Notes: generated from the sequence alone by a model not told the origin. Counted from the first letter of the stretch, positions 14,207-26,896 are shown. The stretch: DNA of 64,000 bases from Paraphysomonas bandaiensis (GCA_965644295.1 CBFFRP010000378.1:248001-312000); one strand, 5' to 3'. Program-made: numbers and translations.

Positions 14207-14570
14207 TTAGATATCGCTGCGTGTAAGACCAGGTGGAAGAGATTGGGTCAGTTTCTCGGCCTTCTCCGCGTCTGTGACCTTGAGGGTGTAGAGGTACTGT
14301 GACATAGACATTACATTGAAACATACCAGAAAATTAACACCGTACCCTAGAGCAGCGAATCTTGAATTTCACGGCACCATCACTCTTCTTAATCTTTACC
14401 GACTTGGCATCCTTTCTAATACATATATCGTGATGAGAATGAGGTGACGCCAAACCTCTGAAACATTACCTGCGTGCCTTCTGCAGAAAGTCGCGAATAT
14501 CACTGATAAGCTTCGGCTACAATAGAAAAAAGTTCAAAATCACATAAAATAATATATCATATATTACCAT
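14207..14570 (-). CDS. RPL38: 60S ribosomal protein eL38, 4 exons (14570-14568, 14516-14470, 14415-14346, 14296-14207)
   Basis: Manual splicing across three GT-AG introns gives [69 protein letters not shown], matching the eL38 family pattern. Confidence 0.93.
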
Positions 14571-15043
14571 AACTTGGGTCTATGTATAGCAAAGTGCTAA
14601 TTAATATTGATAATATTCGTTTATTTTATTTCTCTTACTTGATATGTATGTATATACAAGAACGTGATATGGCGTATGGTATATATGAGTGTTGCACAAA
14701 GAATGGCCATCACTCCACAGACTCTATAAGAAGTATCTTTAAAAGACAATTTCAGTTTTCATTACAATAGATAATATTCTTATAAAATACTAAAATAAAA
14801 ATAGAACTGAAAAAAAATGGGGTTTAAATGTTGTATAACGGCTCCCTTCGAAGGGTTTTGTATATGAGGGTTGTGCATATATATACTGTCTAAAAATAAC
14901 TCCCAGCTAAGATGCTCATATATGTATGTATATACACGTCTATCTAATGATCAAAGATAAAACCTAGTAGAGTATAGACATACACACTAAACACTACTAA
15001 ATATTATAATTATTGTAAATTACGGTATCATATAAATAGCCAT

Positions 15044-18000
15044 ATGACTTCCGCGACAACCTCGTTGTCTTTTCGTCATATATTTGGCGTAAATGGCGCA
15101 GTCAATGATAATATATGCTTTGCTGATGATGATACAATTGTTTATATTGCTGGACATAATGTAGTACTATATAATCGAATTGAAAAAAAACAGAGATTTA
15201 TATATGGATCAGAAGCATCAGAAGGAATCACTGCATATGCTGCCAGTCCAGGAAAAAGGTTTAATACACTGTATGATGAGATATATATGTAACGATGAGA
15301 TAAACAGGTACATTGCTGTTGCTGAACGCAGTGATCGAGGAGCACAAGTGAATGTATTTGATTTGAAAAGTTTTCGTAAGCGAAAGAGTCTACTGAATGC
15401 TGAATCAGCGAGCAAGGTATATATCCAAGGATTCATCCATATTGTGTTAATAGTTTTGTCAGGAATATGTTTGCATGCAATTCAGTGAAGACAATCAACT
15501 GCTGTTGGCCCTCACAGGAGCCCCTGACTGGACTCTTCAGTGCTGGAATTGGACCAAGGCAAAAGTTGTAGCATCGATATCAGCGTCGGATGGCTTGCCA
15601 GTGTCTAAGTGTTCCTTCAGCCCAACTGATGCCTCTGTGGCATGCTGCAGCGGAAAAGACAGTATCAATTTTTTTCGAATATCTGACCGTGAAGTTCGAG
15701 TGCTACATGAAACTAACCTGGAAGGGAACAACTTTACGAGTCATATATGGCTGCGAACGCCTGAAGACCATGTAGTTGCTAGTACGGATGCTGGTGATCT
15801 CTTAGTTTTTCGATCAGGGGAGTATATTTGCCATCTGGCCTGTTCACCTGGTACTGGGTGCCCAATATATACGATGCTTCCTCTGTCACAAGGGTTTGTA
15901 GCGGGATCTAGTGCAGGGTCATTTCTTTTCTTCACCTACATCGGGGACGGAGATAGCTGCTCGTTTACTGCATTTAACTTAGATAACCAATGGGCAACTG
16001 AACTTACACAAGGCTCAATTGTTGCCATGGCTATATCTCCGAGTGAAGATCTTATTTGCTCTGTTACATCAGATAATCAACTTTTAGACATGGCAGGTGT
16101 TTCTCCTGGAACCCTGACAAACGATTCTGTAAAGTATGTAACATGCTCATTTCATGGACCCAAAGCGATCACAGGCATGGATATATGTTACCGTAAGCCT
16201 TTAATCATGACGTGTTCACGAGATCAATCACTTAGAATTTGGAATTTTCAAACAATGGATCTTGAGCTTCACAAACTATTCCCGGAGGAAATGCTCTGTT
16301 GTGCCCTGCATCCATCAGGTCTTCATGCTGCCGTGGGGTTCGGTGACAAACTTCGTATATTCCATATACTTGTGGACGAGCTACGTCCTGCCCAAGAGCT
16401 TTCAATCAAAAATTGCAGAGAGGCAAAATTCAGTGGTGGGGGTCATATGTTGGCCGCTGCAAATGGAAATTCCATAAATGTTTTTGACTTCTATACTGGA
16501 GAAAAAGTAGCTGACCTCAGGGGCCACAATGGCAAAGTACGCAGCATATTTTGGTTGGATTCTGGGTCTCAAATATTAAGTTGTGGTCAAGATGGAGCAG
16601 TGTACTTATGGGATATAGATGGCAGCAAACGAACTGGAGAGTTTGTTCATAAAGGCACCTTATACACATCAGCAGTTTGTGCAGGAGATACTGTATTCGT
16701 TGTGGGTAGTGATCGCATGTTGAAAGAGCTTGAGCTCCCAGATCTGAGCCTGACTAAAGAATTAGATGGCGGCGGCGCACTACTCAACTTAGTGTCTCTA
16801 TCGACAGCGAAATCAGCTCTTTTTGCAGGAACTGCTGATCCAGGAAAGCCGGGAGTGGTGAGGGCGTATGCATACCCTGTAACTGGTGATTACTTAGAGT
16901 ATACGTGCATGAGTTCTGCTCTCTGTCGTCTAGGATTATCTCCTGATCAAGGTTTTCTTGTTGCAACTGATGAAAGCGGTTGTATTTGTATATTTGAGTT
17001 GAAAGATCGTTCTGAGCGTTATCAGAGAAATATTAATGCGTCAGCCGGTGATGCGCTTGGAAATATGCCTGATTGGGTGGACGAAGCATTAGTAACTCGG
17101 GCTGAAATTGAAGACCGAAATCAAACTGTGTTGGAATTGAAGACTAAAGTTGATGAGTTAAAGTTGCACAATGAGTATCAACTTAAGTTGAAAGAAATGA
17201 ATTATTCTGAAAAGATAAAAGAGGTGACAGACAAATTTGCACAAGAGTTGGAGCAAGCGAAGGCAAAATTCGAAATTCTGAAAGAAGAACGCGCGGATAG
17301 TGAATTTGAGTATGTGCAGCGACTGAAACAGAAGGAAGAGAAGCACCAACACGATATGCAAGAAACTGAAACTGAATTTCAGACCAGAATCATGGAAGAA
17401 GTGGAAAAATATCAGCATCTTGTGAGAACTCGTGACGCTCAAATGGAAAGGCTGACTGCCCAGCGCGAGGTTTTAATTGAAACGCACGAACGTTACGTCG
17501 ATGAGTTGTCTTCTGATTTTGAACGTAAAATTGACGAAGATAGGCAGCTGCGCCTTCAACTGGAAGATGAAAAGACAGAATTGTTGAAAGAGTTGAATGA
17601 AATTCACCACCAGTTGGAAGATGATGTCGACACTGAAATAGAGAATATAAGGTTTCAATACGATGAGAAATTAAAAACAAGCCGAGAAGCCACTCTGAAG
17701 TATAAAGGTGAAAATGGTATTATGCGAAAAAAGTTTGCAGTTCTTCAAAAAGAAATCGAGGACCAAAAAGAAGAAATTAAATCTCTGGGCGATAAGGAAA
17801 AAGAGCTACACGAACAAGTGAAAGTTCTTGAAAAAGAAGTGTCTGCTCATAAGAGAGAGATAAAGAATAGAGATGTATCCATTGGCGACAAAGAAAAGCG
17901 TATTTACGAGTTAAAAAAGAAAAATCAAGAGCTGGATAAATTCAAATTTGTACTTGATTTTAAAATTCGTGAACTCAAGCGTCAAGTGGAACCACGCCAA

Positions 18001-18804
18001 GCGGAGATCGCAGGTATGAAAGATCAAATTAAAGCGATGGATGCTGAGCTCGAGAGGTACCACAAAAGCAATGCCGGCCTGGATGAAATGATTGGAACGC
18101 TTCGCCAGCGCATTGATGAAATACAGTCGGAAATAGTGTCAAAAAGAATGCGTGCTACTCAGTTAGAACACTTGAATGCTGGATTCAAAGGGGATCTGCA
18201 GCGTGCTGTTACACTGATTTTAAACCCCGACGAGTTGCTTGAAGCTGTATCGAAACTTGTTTCAAATTATGGATCCCAAGAAGCAATGAAACCTCGCATT
18301 GACCCTGATGTAGAAAAGGAGTATGTGCGACACAAACAGTTTTTACTCAGATCAGTAGCCCAGCTGAAGAAGTCACTTAACGATGAGACAGAGGCGCATG
18401 AGCAAACTAATAGCAGTTTGCGAAAGACAAATATGGATCTTATCGAAGAAATTAATGCTCAGAGAGAACAGAATCGTGCGCTTAAAATGGCTGTTCAAGC
18501 AGATTTAGGTCGCTTGCAGCATATGGCTCGCGCTGGTCAAAGTAAGAAGAACGCACAAAATGGGCGTACTACTGGCCTCGTTGCCTTAGAAGCGGCCCTT
18601 GAAAGTTCGAGTAATGAAGAAGTTACCAGAGCTGATACTTCAGCGTTAAACGATTTAGATAAAAACAGGCGAAAGATAGCCCTATTGAGAGAAAAGATTT
18701 CTGAACTTGAGGGCAAGCTTGTTAATCAGCGCGCTTATTCCCGTGAGGTATTGCCTCCGATGGACGGAGGAAGAGGAAATATTCTTCCGTCGTCACTCAC
18801 ATAG
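15044..18804 (+). CDS. CFAP57: Cilia- and flagella-associated protein 57 (WD40 repeats + long coiled coil); introns 15259-15307 and 15417-15462
   Basis: N-terminal RHIFG/YIAVAE motifs, WD repeats, then a coiled coil with KKKNQELDKFKFVLDFKIRELKRQVEP typical of CFAP57/WDR65. The two short introns join the ORF pieces in frame. Confidence 0.9.
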
Positions 18805-19282
18805 TATGTATTTGTTTTCTGTTGAATCTATATTTCCATCAATCTCAGAAGTAGTCATACACGTTTCATCGCATAACTTAATAATGTAACATTAGTACAT
18901 AGAAATGTAAACTCTGAACCAAGCTCTCCCTATCAGCACAATGATAGATTCAGAACACATTCCCCATCATTGTACAATAAGAGGCTCTCTCGTCGACTGT
19001 GCCCGTAGACCCCACTACTCCAAATTACTTACTGTTAAGCATTCAGCTCTGCTGCATGATCTAATATGTATTGTGCAGTTCAAGAGGGTTAACAACGTGC
19101 AGTCGATGAAACGAACTTATACTAAGAGTCAGGAATGGAATATATACTATATACTATTTCAATGCACTCGTAATGTAAAGAATGTAAGAAGTACACATCC
19201 TGTAATACTGGAATACTTGATTTTATGTATATATATATATACTATCCCACAACACAACCAAGCACCTCACAGAAAGTAGTAG

Positions 19283-21212
19283 TGAATGTCTAATTATTTA
19301 GCAATAGGCGTTGAGACCTTGCATCAATTAGTGGCTAGAAGAATGCTAGTCATCACAGAAAGTATCACCACAGACTGAACTCTACTGCTCGCAGAACTGA
19401 AACAATCAAAGCCAAACAATAGACTGATATCTACAACTTGTACCACGAATTAGACTTGTAAAACAACTAGGATCCTTCAAGATGATGTTTATAACAGGTC
19501 GACTGGAGAAGAGTAAAGTACCATAAGCTTCAGCTCTTTCAGAAATAATGACGCAGTTTGAAAGATGTATGTGATAAAAAGTCCCTGTGACTAGCTCAAG
19601 TTCATTCCATTTAATATATTCTTTTTAGTGTGCATTCATACCACACATATCCACCTTACACCCTCCTCGGGAGCGTATTAACACTAATACAAAGCTTTGT
19701 GTCTTTTCAATTCTGATAAAAGTACTATGCCTTAAACACCTATTGCTAGTATTCTTCTTCCATTTGGATGCTCTAAGACAGAGGCCAATACTACACCACC
19801 CGTCACATCTCCCTATATGACACAACAATATTATTCACAAAACATCTCCCTCCGACAGAAGAATTCCCCAAGTCCTGCACCCAACCCAACCATCTTCAAA
19901 CTTCAAAGAATAATATCTACCATGACCCCCATCTACCCCACGAGCTTCATCACGGCCATACCCTGATATTCCATACCGCAGACAACTACTGATTAACCTC
20001 CGCTCTCAACCACATATATCCAGTGCGAACTTAGAACCCATTGATCTACAGACACACCTAAAACTCACACGCCTCCACCAACAAAAAAACCGTGACACTC
20101 AAGTCTCACGGTTGCACCATGGTGCTTACAGACATGCTCAAGAAGTTCCGGAATGAACTTATAAAACTACAAAACATATAATTACGTAGATAAGAGTGCA
20201 TGAGAATATTATCAGCATCCACATCAGAAGAGCTCAACCGTCTTCGGAATGAGGTGGCATCCAACTCTGCTGTCTCTAGAAGTTCTGCTCGTATAACTGT
20301 GCCTGAGAGGAGCCTGCGAAACATCCCACCAGCAGATCGTGGCAGCAATAATTAAGGGGAGACTTTTAGATAAAGATGGAATGATAAATTCTTCGGAGGA
20401 GCAAGTTGCTGTGTTGGAGAACAGGGTTTATTTAAAGTTATCAACACCCTTATTTAGTGTTGCTCAATAAAAAGTACTCAGGTGACAACCACCCCTAGAA
20501 TTCTATCCTCCACAAGAGTCCGAACCCGACAGAGGCAAGCACAACCACTCCGGAAACAACTCATCCTTACTTGTGGCCGAAACCCGACCTCGACAACCAG
20601 CACCATCTCCACCACCGACTTACATTCTCACCTACATATCGCCCCATCCACTCCTCACTTAATCTGTGGCACAGGTCCGCCAGACACGTTGCCCAAAGGT
20701 AGACCCCCCGACTAACTTCACCACAAGGGACGGTTGCACCATGGTGCTGGCAGCGATGCACAAGCAGTCCCGAGACGGTTGCCCGCCACTAGTAGTATAT
20801 AGCAAGTCCAGTTAGTTAGTCTATAGATGTAAAACTAGTTTCTGTACACAACCGTTCTCATGTAATAATCAGACTTTCTTATATTATCTGTATCATGTAT
20901 CGAAACATTATTCTCCCATATCTACAAAACTCTGACTCTCCCTTAAGCTTCGCGGTCCCTACCCCAAAGGGCATCCCCCAGATTAACCTCAAATTGACAC
21001 CAAAGAACTATACGTCCGTGGGCAGCTCCAACAATTACTCGAGAACAAAAGTGGTTGCACCTTGGTGCTTGTGGTGACGCACAAGCAGCTTTCGTAGTGC
21101 TAAATAGTAGGATATCAGAGTAAAGCACAAGACACTCTTTTGCTGTTAAGCACTAGTTAGTTATATTACAGTGCTAAATTTGCCCTAGTTCTTAAACACC
21201 TATTGCTAATAA
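19283..21212. repeat. Cluster of degraded copies of a dispersed repeat, probably 3' ends of a non-LTR retrotransposon
   Basis: gaatgtc..tttagcaataggcgtt at ~19283; its reverse complement cctattgcta at ~19739 and ~21199; ggttgcacc(a/t)tggtgct at ~20110, ~20732 and ~21053. Homologous to 30931-31120 and 47557-47700. Confidence 0.55.
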
Positions 21213-21717
21213 TAATATATTCACTACTCTGTATCATGTACACTGAACATGGTAAATTGTCTTGACTATTAGAAGGAAAGACAGTTGTTAGCAAACAGGG
21301 TATTAGGTATTAGTACCTCCTGTCTTATGAGGATTGCGATTGCCCCAAAGTCGAGGTCATCCCCTAATGCGATTATGTGTTTATTGTTTATCACCGGATA
21401 TACCATGAACTGTCAGAGATTGGGAGTTACGATGACACAACAAACATAGAATAGATCAAAGTGTGTGGCTATGAAACCGAATATTCTGGAATATCTAAGA
21501 ATATCTAACCCTTCAAAGTACACTTGCTGTGGAATTTGAAAACGGAAAGATCATCGAAAGAATTTGGTAACGAATATACTCGTGATAATAAACCAACTAT
21601 CGGTATATGGATTACTCCAATACTTTCAAGTAAATAGTCGCACCACAACTGCAAAATGTTCTTTAAACATAAGGCCTTGACTGAATGTACTCTCATTTTC
21701 AAAGTATAAATTAAATG

Positions 21718-24700
21718 TATTGAACTACAACCAACTCCTACGTGCGTACTTGAAGTTTGGTAAAGTCAATCGCTAGTAGTTATCCTGTATTCTATGTAGC
21801 AATGAAATACAGAATATACATGACTACAGTATAGGAGTAGCTATTACAAGTATACAAAGAAACTGAAAATATAGTAGCTGTTAAAGATATGATTTGTAGA
21901 ACAGAATGTTGATGTTGGTGAATGACGTGGTTCCTAACTCACAGGGCTACAACATCATAAACTTACTATATCTCCTATAATATCAATCAGTCAATATTGC
22001 ACTAACTAAAAGCGTAAATTAATATGGCAGCGGATGGAAATTTCACGAATGTCGCCTCAGGCTCAAAGGTACCTCCCTTCGAGGAACTGAACTTCAAGAA
22101 ATTCAAGAAGTTCTTCACCTCATTCCTCATGAGACACAATCGAGCTCATCTTGTCCTCTCAAAGGATAAACCAAGGCACATTCATGATCTAGACTCTACA
22201 GTCCCAGCGGGAGCTCATATGACTGATGCACAGAAGAAGCGACTACGCAAAGCGAAGAAACTCTGGAACACCCGGAACGAGACCGCGTACTCCTTCCTGA
22301 TGGAAGTGTGCAATGCTCACCCAAAAGCAGGCACAACAGCGGCTCTCTACGAAGGAAGTACAGCAAAAGGGTTACTACAGGCACTGGAAGAGAGATTTCT
22401 CAATGTTGAAAAGAATACAGTACAGGCAGAGGTCACAAAGTTCAATTCAATGAAGATTACCTCAAGTCAGTCAGGAGCAGAGTTCGTCGACAGCGTTGAA
22501 GCCCAGGCCAAGATTCTCGAGAATCTAGGTCGTGAAGTCACGGAAGACGACAAGCTCACTCGACTAAAGGAAGGTCTCACAGACAAGAGATATTCCCAAC
22601 TAGCACACAGCCTGTATACAGCAAACGATGTGACATACGCAAGAGCAAGCAGCCTAATCAAAGGGTATGAAAACACATCATTCGGCAAGCATGCGTTGCA
22701 AAATTCAGGGGAAGACAGTGTCAATCAAGCAGTGGATGACAGTAAATGGAAAGAGCACAAGAGAAAGGGCAGATGCAATAAGTGCAAGAAACTTGGCCAC
22801 TTTGCTAGGGAGTGCAAGACTCCAGAGCATGTCATAAAGAGGATGAAGGGGACAAGATCACAGAGAAAAGATAGAGATCACAGAAACAGGGGTGATAACA
22901 AAACAAAGCTACCTGTGTGTGAGATATGTGACATCCCAGGCCATCAGACTAAAGACTGCTTCCACTTGAAGACTGCTAAAGCTGCAGTGGTCAGTTCTAA
23001 ACGGGGGCGAGACTCTAGAAGGGAAACGGCACCCTACAAGAACAAGAAGAAACCGCGAGTGTCTGTACATGATTCAGAAGATGAAGCGGGATACGAATCG
23101 ATGATATGTGTGGAAGAAGAGGTGAATCTAGCACAGAGCATGTCAGATGTTATTTATTTAGACAGCGGGTGCAACAAGATGATCCTTACCTCCAAAAACC
23201 ACATGACCAACCTTCAGCGCGCTGATAGGCAGATGTCCACAGCGAACAAAGGTAAACTGTCAATACACAGTGTTGGCGATGTAGGAAGCTTTAAAAAGGT
23301 GTACTACGCACCTGAAGCAAGTAAGAACCTCGTAGATATGAAGAGCATCACAGATAGGGGTTGTGTTGTGACGTTCGATAATGATGAAGTCGTCATTCGA
23401 AATAAGACTACGAACAAGACACTCATTAGACAGAGAAGTGTTAATGGATTATATCCAGTTCGACTCGAAGACTTACTTCAGCTTGGAGAAGAATCCTCAG
23501 CAGCACTTGAGGAGCAGGGGTTTGATGACCAGCGAATTCTATGGCACAAAAGACTTGGCCATGTCAACTATGATAAACTGACTGAGTCCGACCGCCGAGG
23601 CCTAGTTGATGGAATAAATCTGGACAAGAAATATTTCAGAAAAAAACACAAAAAAACGATATGCAAATGTAATACCTGCATGCGATCGAAACTCACGAGA
23701 AAGAACTTCAGGACTCCACGCCAGTTGATGAACTTAGACAACAACCCAAAGGAGAGAGGGGTGCTCAGTGCAGATACGATGGAAGTCCTAAACACGCCAT
23801 CGATGGAAGGCTACAAACATGTGTTACTATTCAAGCACAGTGATGCAAAACATGTATGGGCTTATGGGTTGAAAAACAAGACTGGGAGTGAAGTGTTAAA
23901 GTGTATGAAGGACATGGTAGAGACCCAACTTGTCAAAGAAGGATTGCAACTACGACGATATCATGCAGATGGCGCAGGAGAACTAGTAGGGCAACATGTC
24001 AGGCAGTACTTACGTGAAACCACCAGCACAAGGACTGTACAGGTTACTTGGACTCCACGTGACACACCCGAAATGAATTCGCTATCGGAACGCACTAATC
24101 GTACAGTGAAGGAGATGGCCCTTGCTATATTGCTCGATAGTGGCATGCCATCAGTATTTTGGTTCAAAGCAGTCTTGCATGCTGTATATCTGATCAACAG
24201 GTTACCTACGAAGACAACGAAAGGATACATCTCACCTTTTGAGTATATTACTGGAACCGCACCAGATGTGAGTGACTTGAAGATCTGGGGCTGCAAGGCA
24301 TGGGCTATTGTGCCGAAGGAGCAGCGCCGCAAAGAGTGGAAAGAAAAGGGAAAACCTGGATACTATATGGGACAATGTCAACAACCTGTTGGACACCAAA
24401 TATATATTCCAGACCTGAATGCTATTATTGTTGCAGTCAATGCACAGTTTGATGAGTCAATTCCAGAGCGTTCACAGGAGTATTTCGACGAAATAGATAA
24501 TCTACAAATCGACACCTCAGAAACAGCAGAGAGTGTAAATGACTATCAGTACCTGGTGGGCCTCAGACATCTTGATGGACACCTGTGTTATGTTACCACC
24601 AGAGTGATAGAGAGAAGAGGAGTCATTGTTGCATATAGGAGATTAGATATGAAAGGAAATACTACCGAGGAGCAAACTCCAATTCATATCAAAGATGTAG

Positions 24701-26896
24701 TAAAGATGACTCACTCTACAAAGTGTCAGACCGACAAGTTTAATAGTTTGCGAAATGAGTTGGATCAGACTTGTAATGACAGTGACAATGAACAGAGGAC
24801 TCCTGACCGCTCAAATCGGGGCGCATCTTCAACAGGTGGGGCAGATCGAAATCCCAGAACTGAAAAACGACCTCGAAAAAAACGGCACATTGTTAACGTT
24901 GGTGTCCTCGGCGATGTCTCATTGTTTCTTGATTCCTCCAACAGCACAATTAAAGAGCCACAGACGCTGGCAGAAGCAAAGAAGACTCCACAGAGAACAT
25001 ACTGGATTGAAGCTACCAGGAAGGAGGTGCACAAGCTTGAACGAAGGACATGCTGGAAGATTGTCCGAAGGCCGAAACACCGAAAAATCATAAAATCTAA
25101 ATTGGTCTTTAAAGTAAAGCGCGACCATCTTGGAAAAATTAAGAAGTTCAAAGTTCGACTTGTGGCGAAAGGGTTTACTCAAGAACAAGGAGTCGACTAT
25201 AATGAGACATTCTCCCCAGTAGCTAAAGGTGTATCATTTAGGCTAGCACTGGCACTGGCTCTGCGATACAATCTGCAACTCCGTCAACTCGATGTAGAAA
25301 CGGCATTTCCGTATGCAGATCTGGACGAAGACGTGTTTATGTCTCCACCTGCAGGAATAGATATTCCACAAGGCTGTTGTTTGAAGATTCTGAAGAGTTT
25401 GTATGGCCTAAAACAAGCGCCTCGAAATTGGCATTCAATGCTGAAGGACAGTATAAAGGCGATGGGGTATAAACAATGTGTTCTTGACCCATGTTTATTT
25501 GTACTCAAGGGTACTGATGATAACCTACATATGATACTTGTGTATGTAGATGATATCATTGTGCTCAGCTCTGACAGCCGTCATATTGAAGAAGTCATCA
25601 GCGCCTTTAAGACTCAATATGCCATGCAAGATATGGGGGACCTTAAGCATTATTTAGGTCTTACCATTGAGCGTCATAATGGCCAGATTAAGTTACATCA
25701 GTCTGCATATGCTAAAGATGTTGTGGCCAGATTCAATCACTTGTTGTCAGAAAAGAAGAGACGGTGCAAGGCAACCACACCTCTACCACCTGGCCTAAAG
25801 TTGTCCAAGGATGCAAAAGAGGAAGAAACTCGAAAACAGAGAGAATACGTTGATGCATTTCCCTATCAATCTGTTATTGGTGCCTTAATGTATTTGGCAG
25901 TGCATACTAGACCAGACATGGCATATACAGTAAATCTTCTCTCCCGGTTCACCACAAGACCCACGTACGCTGCATGTCAAGCTGCTCTGCATACTTTATT
26001 GTATTTAGAAAATACAGTTGATCAAGGTATCATATTTCCTAATTTCACAGATGAAGACCCTCTATGTGTGTACTCTGATGCAGATTGGGCCGGAGATCTG
26101 GATACATGCAGATCCACTACAGGGTATATCGTATATCTGTGGGGTGCTCCAATTGCATGGCAGTCCAGACTGCAGCCAACAGTGGCTACGTCGACTATGG
26201 AAGCTGAATATATGGCTGCATATGCTGCAATTCAGGAGATTGTATGGATACGAGGGGTGATGACAGAGCTCGGAATTCGTGGATTTGAGCTCAGTAAGAA
26301 TGCGTCTCCAACAATCTTGAATATGGACAGCAAGAGTGCGATTGATCTAGCTCAGAACCCGGTAAATCATAAACGTTCCAAGCATATTCGGATCAAGTAT
26401 CATTGGATTCGAGAGCAAGTGGGAGGCTGTATCGTCAGGCTGAATCATGTGCCAACGGCAGAGATGACAGCAGACGTGATGACTAAAGCCTTGTCCGAGA
26501 AGCTGCACTATCAGCATGTGCACACTATGGTATCGCACTAAGTAGACTTGCTCATCACAGTATATTCTGATATGTTCATTGAGTGGGAGTATTGAACTAC
26601 AACCAACTCCTACGTGCGTACTTGAAGTTTGGTAAAGTCAATCGCTAGTAGTTATCCTGTATTCTATGTAGCAATGAAATACAGAATATACATGACTACA
26701 GTATAGGAGTAGCTATTACAAGTATACAAAGAAACTGAAAATATAGTAGCTGTTAAAGATATGATTTGTAGAACAGAATGTTGATGTTGGTGAATGACGT
26801 GGTTCCTAACTCACAGGGCTACAACATCATAAACTTACTATATCTCCTATAATATCAATCAGTCAATATTGCACTAACTAAAAGCGTAAATTAATA
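21718..26896 (+). mobile_element. Intact Ty1/copia LTR retrotransposon; 307-bp LTRs (21718-22024, 26590-26896), 5-bp TSD AAATG
   Basis: Direct repeats look identical; TSD aaatg at 21713-21717 and 26897-26901; PBS tggcagcggatgg at 22025; PPT gagtgggag at 26581-26589. Confidence 0.97.
22024..26541 (+). CDS. Copia Gag-Pol polyprotein (Gag, two CCHC knuckles, protease, integrase, RT, RNase H)
   Basis: CNKCKKLGHFAREC and CEICDIPGHQTKDC; YLDSGC protease; WHKRLGH pre-integrase; RLVAKGFTQ, SLYGLKQAP and YVDD in RT; YSDADWAGD and KHIRIKYH in RNase H. IN-RT-RH order is copia. Confidence 0.97.
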   Translation: MAADGNFTNVASGSKVPPFEELNFKKFKKFFTSFLMRHNRAHLVLSKDKPRHIHDLDSTVPAGAHMTDAQKKRLRKAKKLWNTRNETAYSFLMEVCNAHPKAGTTAALYEGSTAKGLLQALEERFLNVEKNTVQAEVTKFNSMKITSSQSGAEFVDSVEAQAKILENLGREVTEDDKLTRLKEGLTDKRYSQLAHSLYTANDVTYARASSLIKGYENTSFGKHALQNSGEDSVNQAVDDSKWKEHKRKGRCNKCKKLGHFARECKTPEHVIKRMKGTRSQRKDRDHRNRGDNKTKLPVCEICDIPGHQTKDCFHLKTAKAAVVSSKRGRDSRRETAPYKNKKKPRVSVHDSEDEAGYESMICVEEEVNLAQSMSDVIYLDSGCNKMILTSKNHMTNLQRADRQMSTANKGKLSIHSVGDVGSFKKVYYAPEASKNLVDMKSITDRGCVVTFDNDEVVIRNKTTNKTLIRQRSVNGLYPVRLEDLLQLGEESSAALEEQGFDDQRILWHKRLGHVNYDKLTESDRRGLVDGINLDKKYFRKKHKKTICKCNTCMRSKLTRKNFRTPRQLMNLDNNPKERGVLSADTMEVLNTPSMEGYKHVLLFKHSDAKHVWAYGLKNKTGSEVLKCMKDMVETQLVKEGLQLRRYHADGAGELVGQHVRQYLRETTSTRTVQVTWTPRDTPEMNSLSERTNRTVKEMALAILLDSGMPSVFWFKAVLHAVYLINRLPTKTTKGYISPFEYITGTAPDVSDLKIWGCKAWAIVPKEQRRKEWKEKGKPGYYMGQCQQPVGHQIYIPDLNAIIVAVNAQFDESIPERSQEYFDEIDNLQIDTSETAESVNDYQYLVGLRHLDGHLCYVTTRVIERRGVIVAYRRLDMKGNTTEEQTPIHIKDVVKMTHSTKCQTDKFNSLRNELDQTCNDSDNEQRTPDRSNRGASSTGGADRNPRTEKRPRKKRHIVNVGVLGDVSLFLDSSNSTIKEPQTLAEAKKTPQRTYWIEATRKEVHKLERRTCWKIVRRPKHRKIIKSKLVFKVKRDHLGKIKKFKVRLVAKGFTQEQGVDYNETFSPVAKGVSFRLALALALRYNLQLRQLDVETAFPYADLDEDVFMSPPAGIDIPQGCCLKILKSLYGLKQAPRNWHSMLKDSIKAMGYKQCVLDPCLFVLKGTDDNLHMILVYVDDIIVLSSDSRHIEEVISAFKTQYAMQDMGDLKHYLGLTIERHNGQIKLHQSAYAKDVVARFNHLLSEKKRRCKATTPLPPGLKLSKDAKEEETRKQREYVDAFPYQSVIGALMYLAVHTRPDMAYTVNLLSRFTTRPTYAACQAALHTLLYLENTVDQGIIFPNFTDEDPLCVYSDADWAGDLDTCRSTTGYIVYLWGAPIAWQSRLQPTVATSTMEAEYMAAYAAIQEIVWIRGVMTELGIRGFELSKNASPTILNMDSKSAIDLAQNPVNHKRSKHIRIKYHWIREQVGGCIVRLNHVPTAEMTADVMTKALSEKLHYQHVHTMVSH

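Noticed and set aside
14250-14300. tttctcggcctt resembling the U2 snRNA 5' end
   Set aside because: No branch-point pairing region or Sm site; it is the antisense of the last RPL38 exon.
21250-21705. Pseudogene-like stretch just left of the copia element
   Set aside because: Interrupted frames with no identifiable family.
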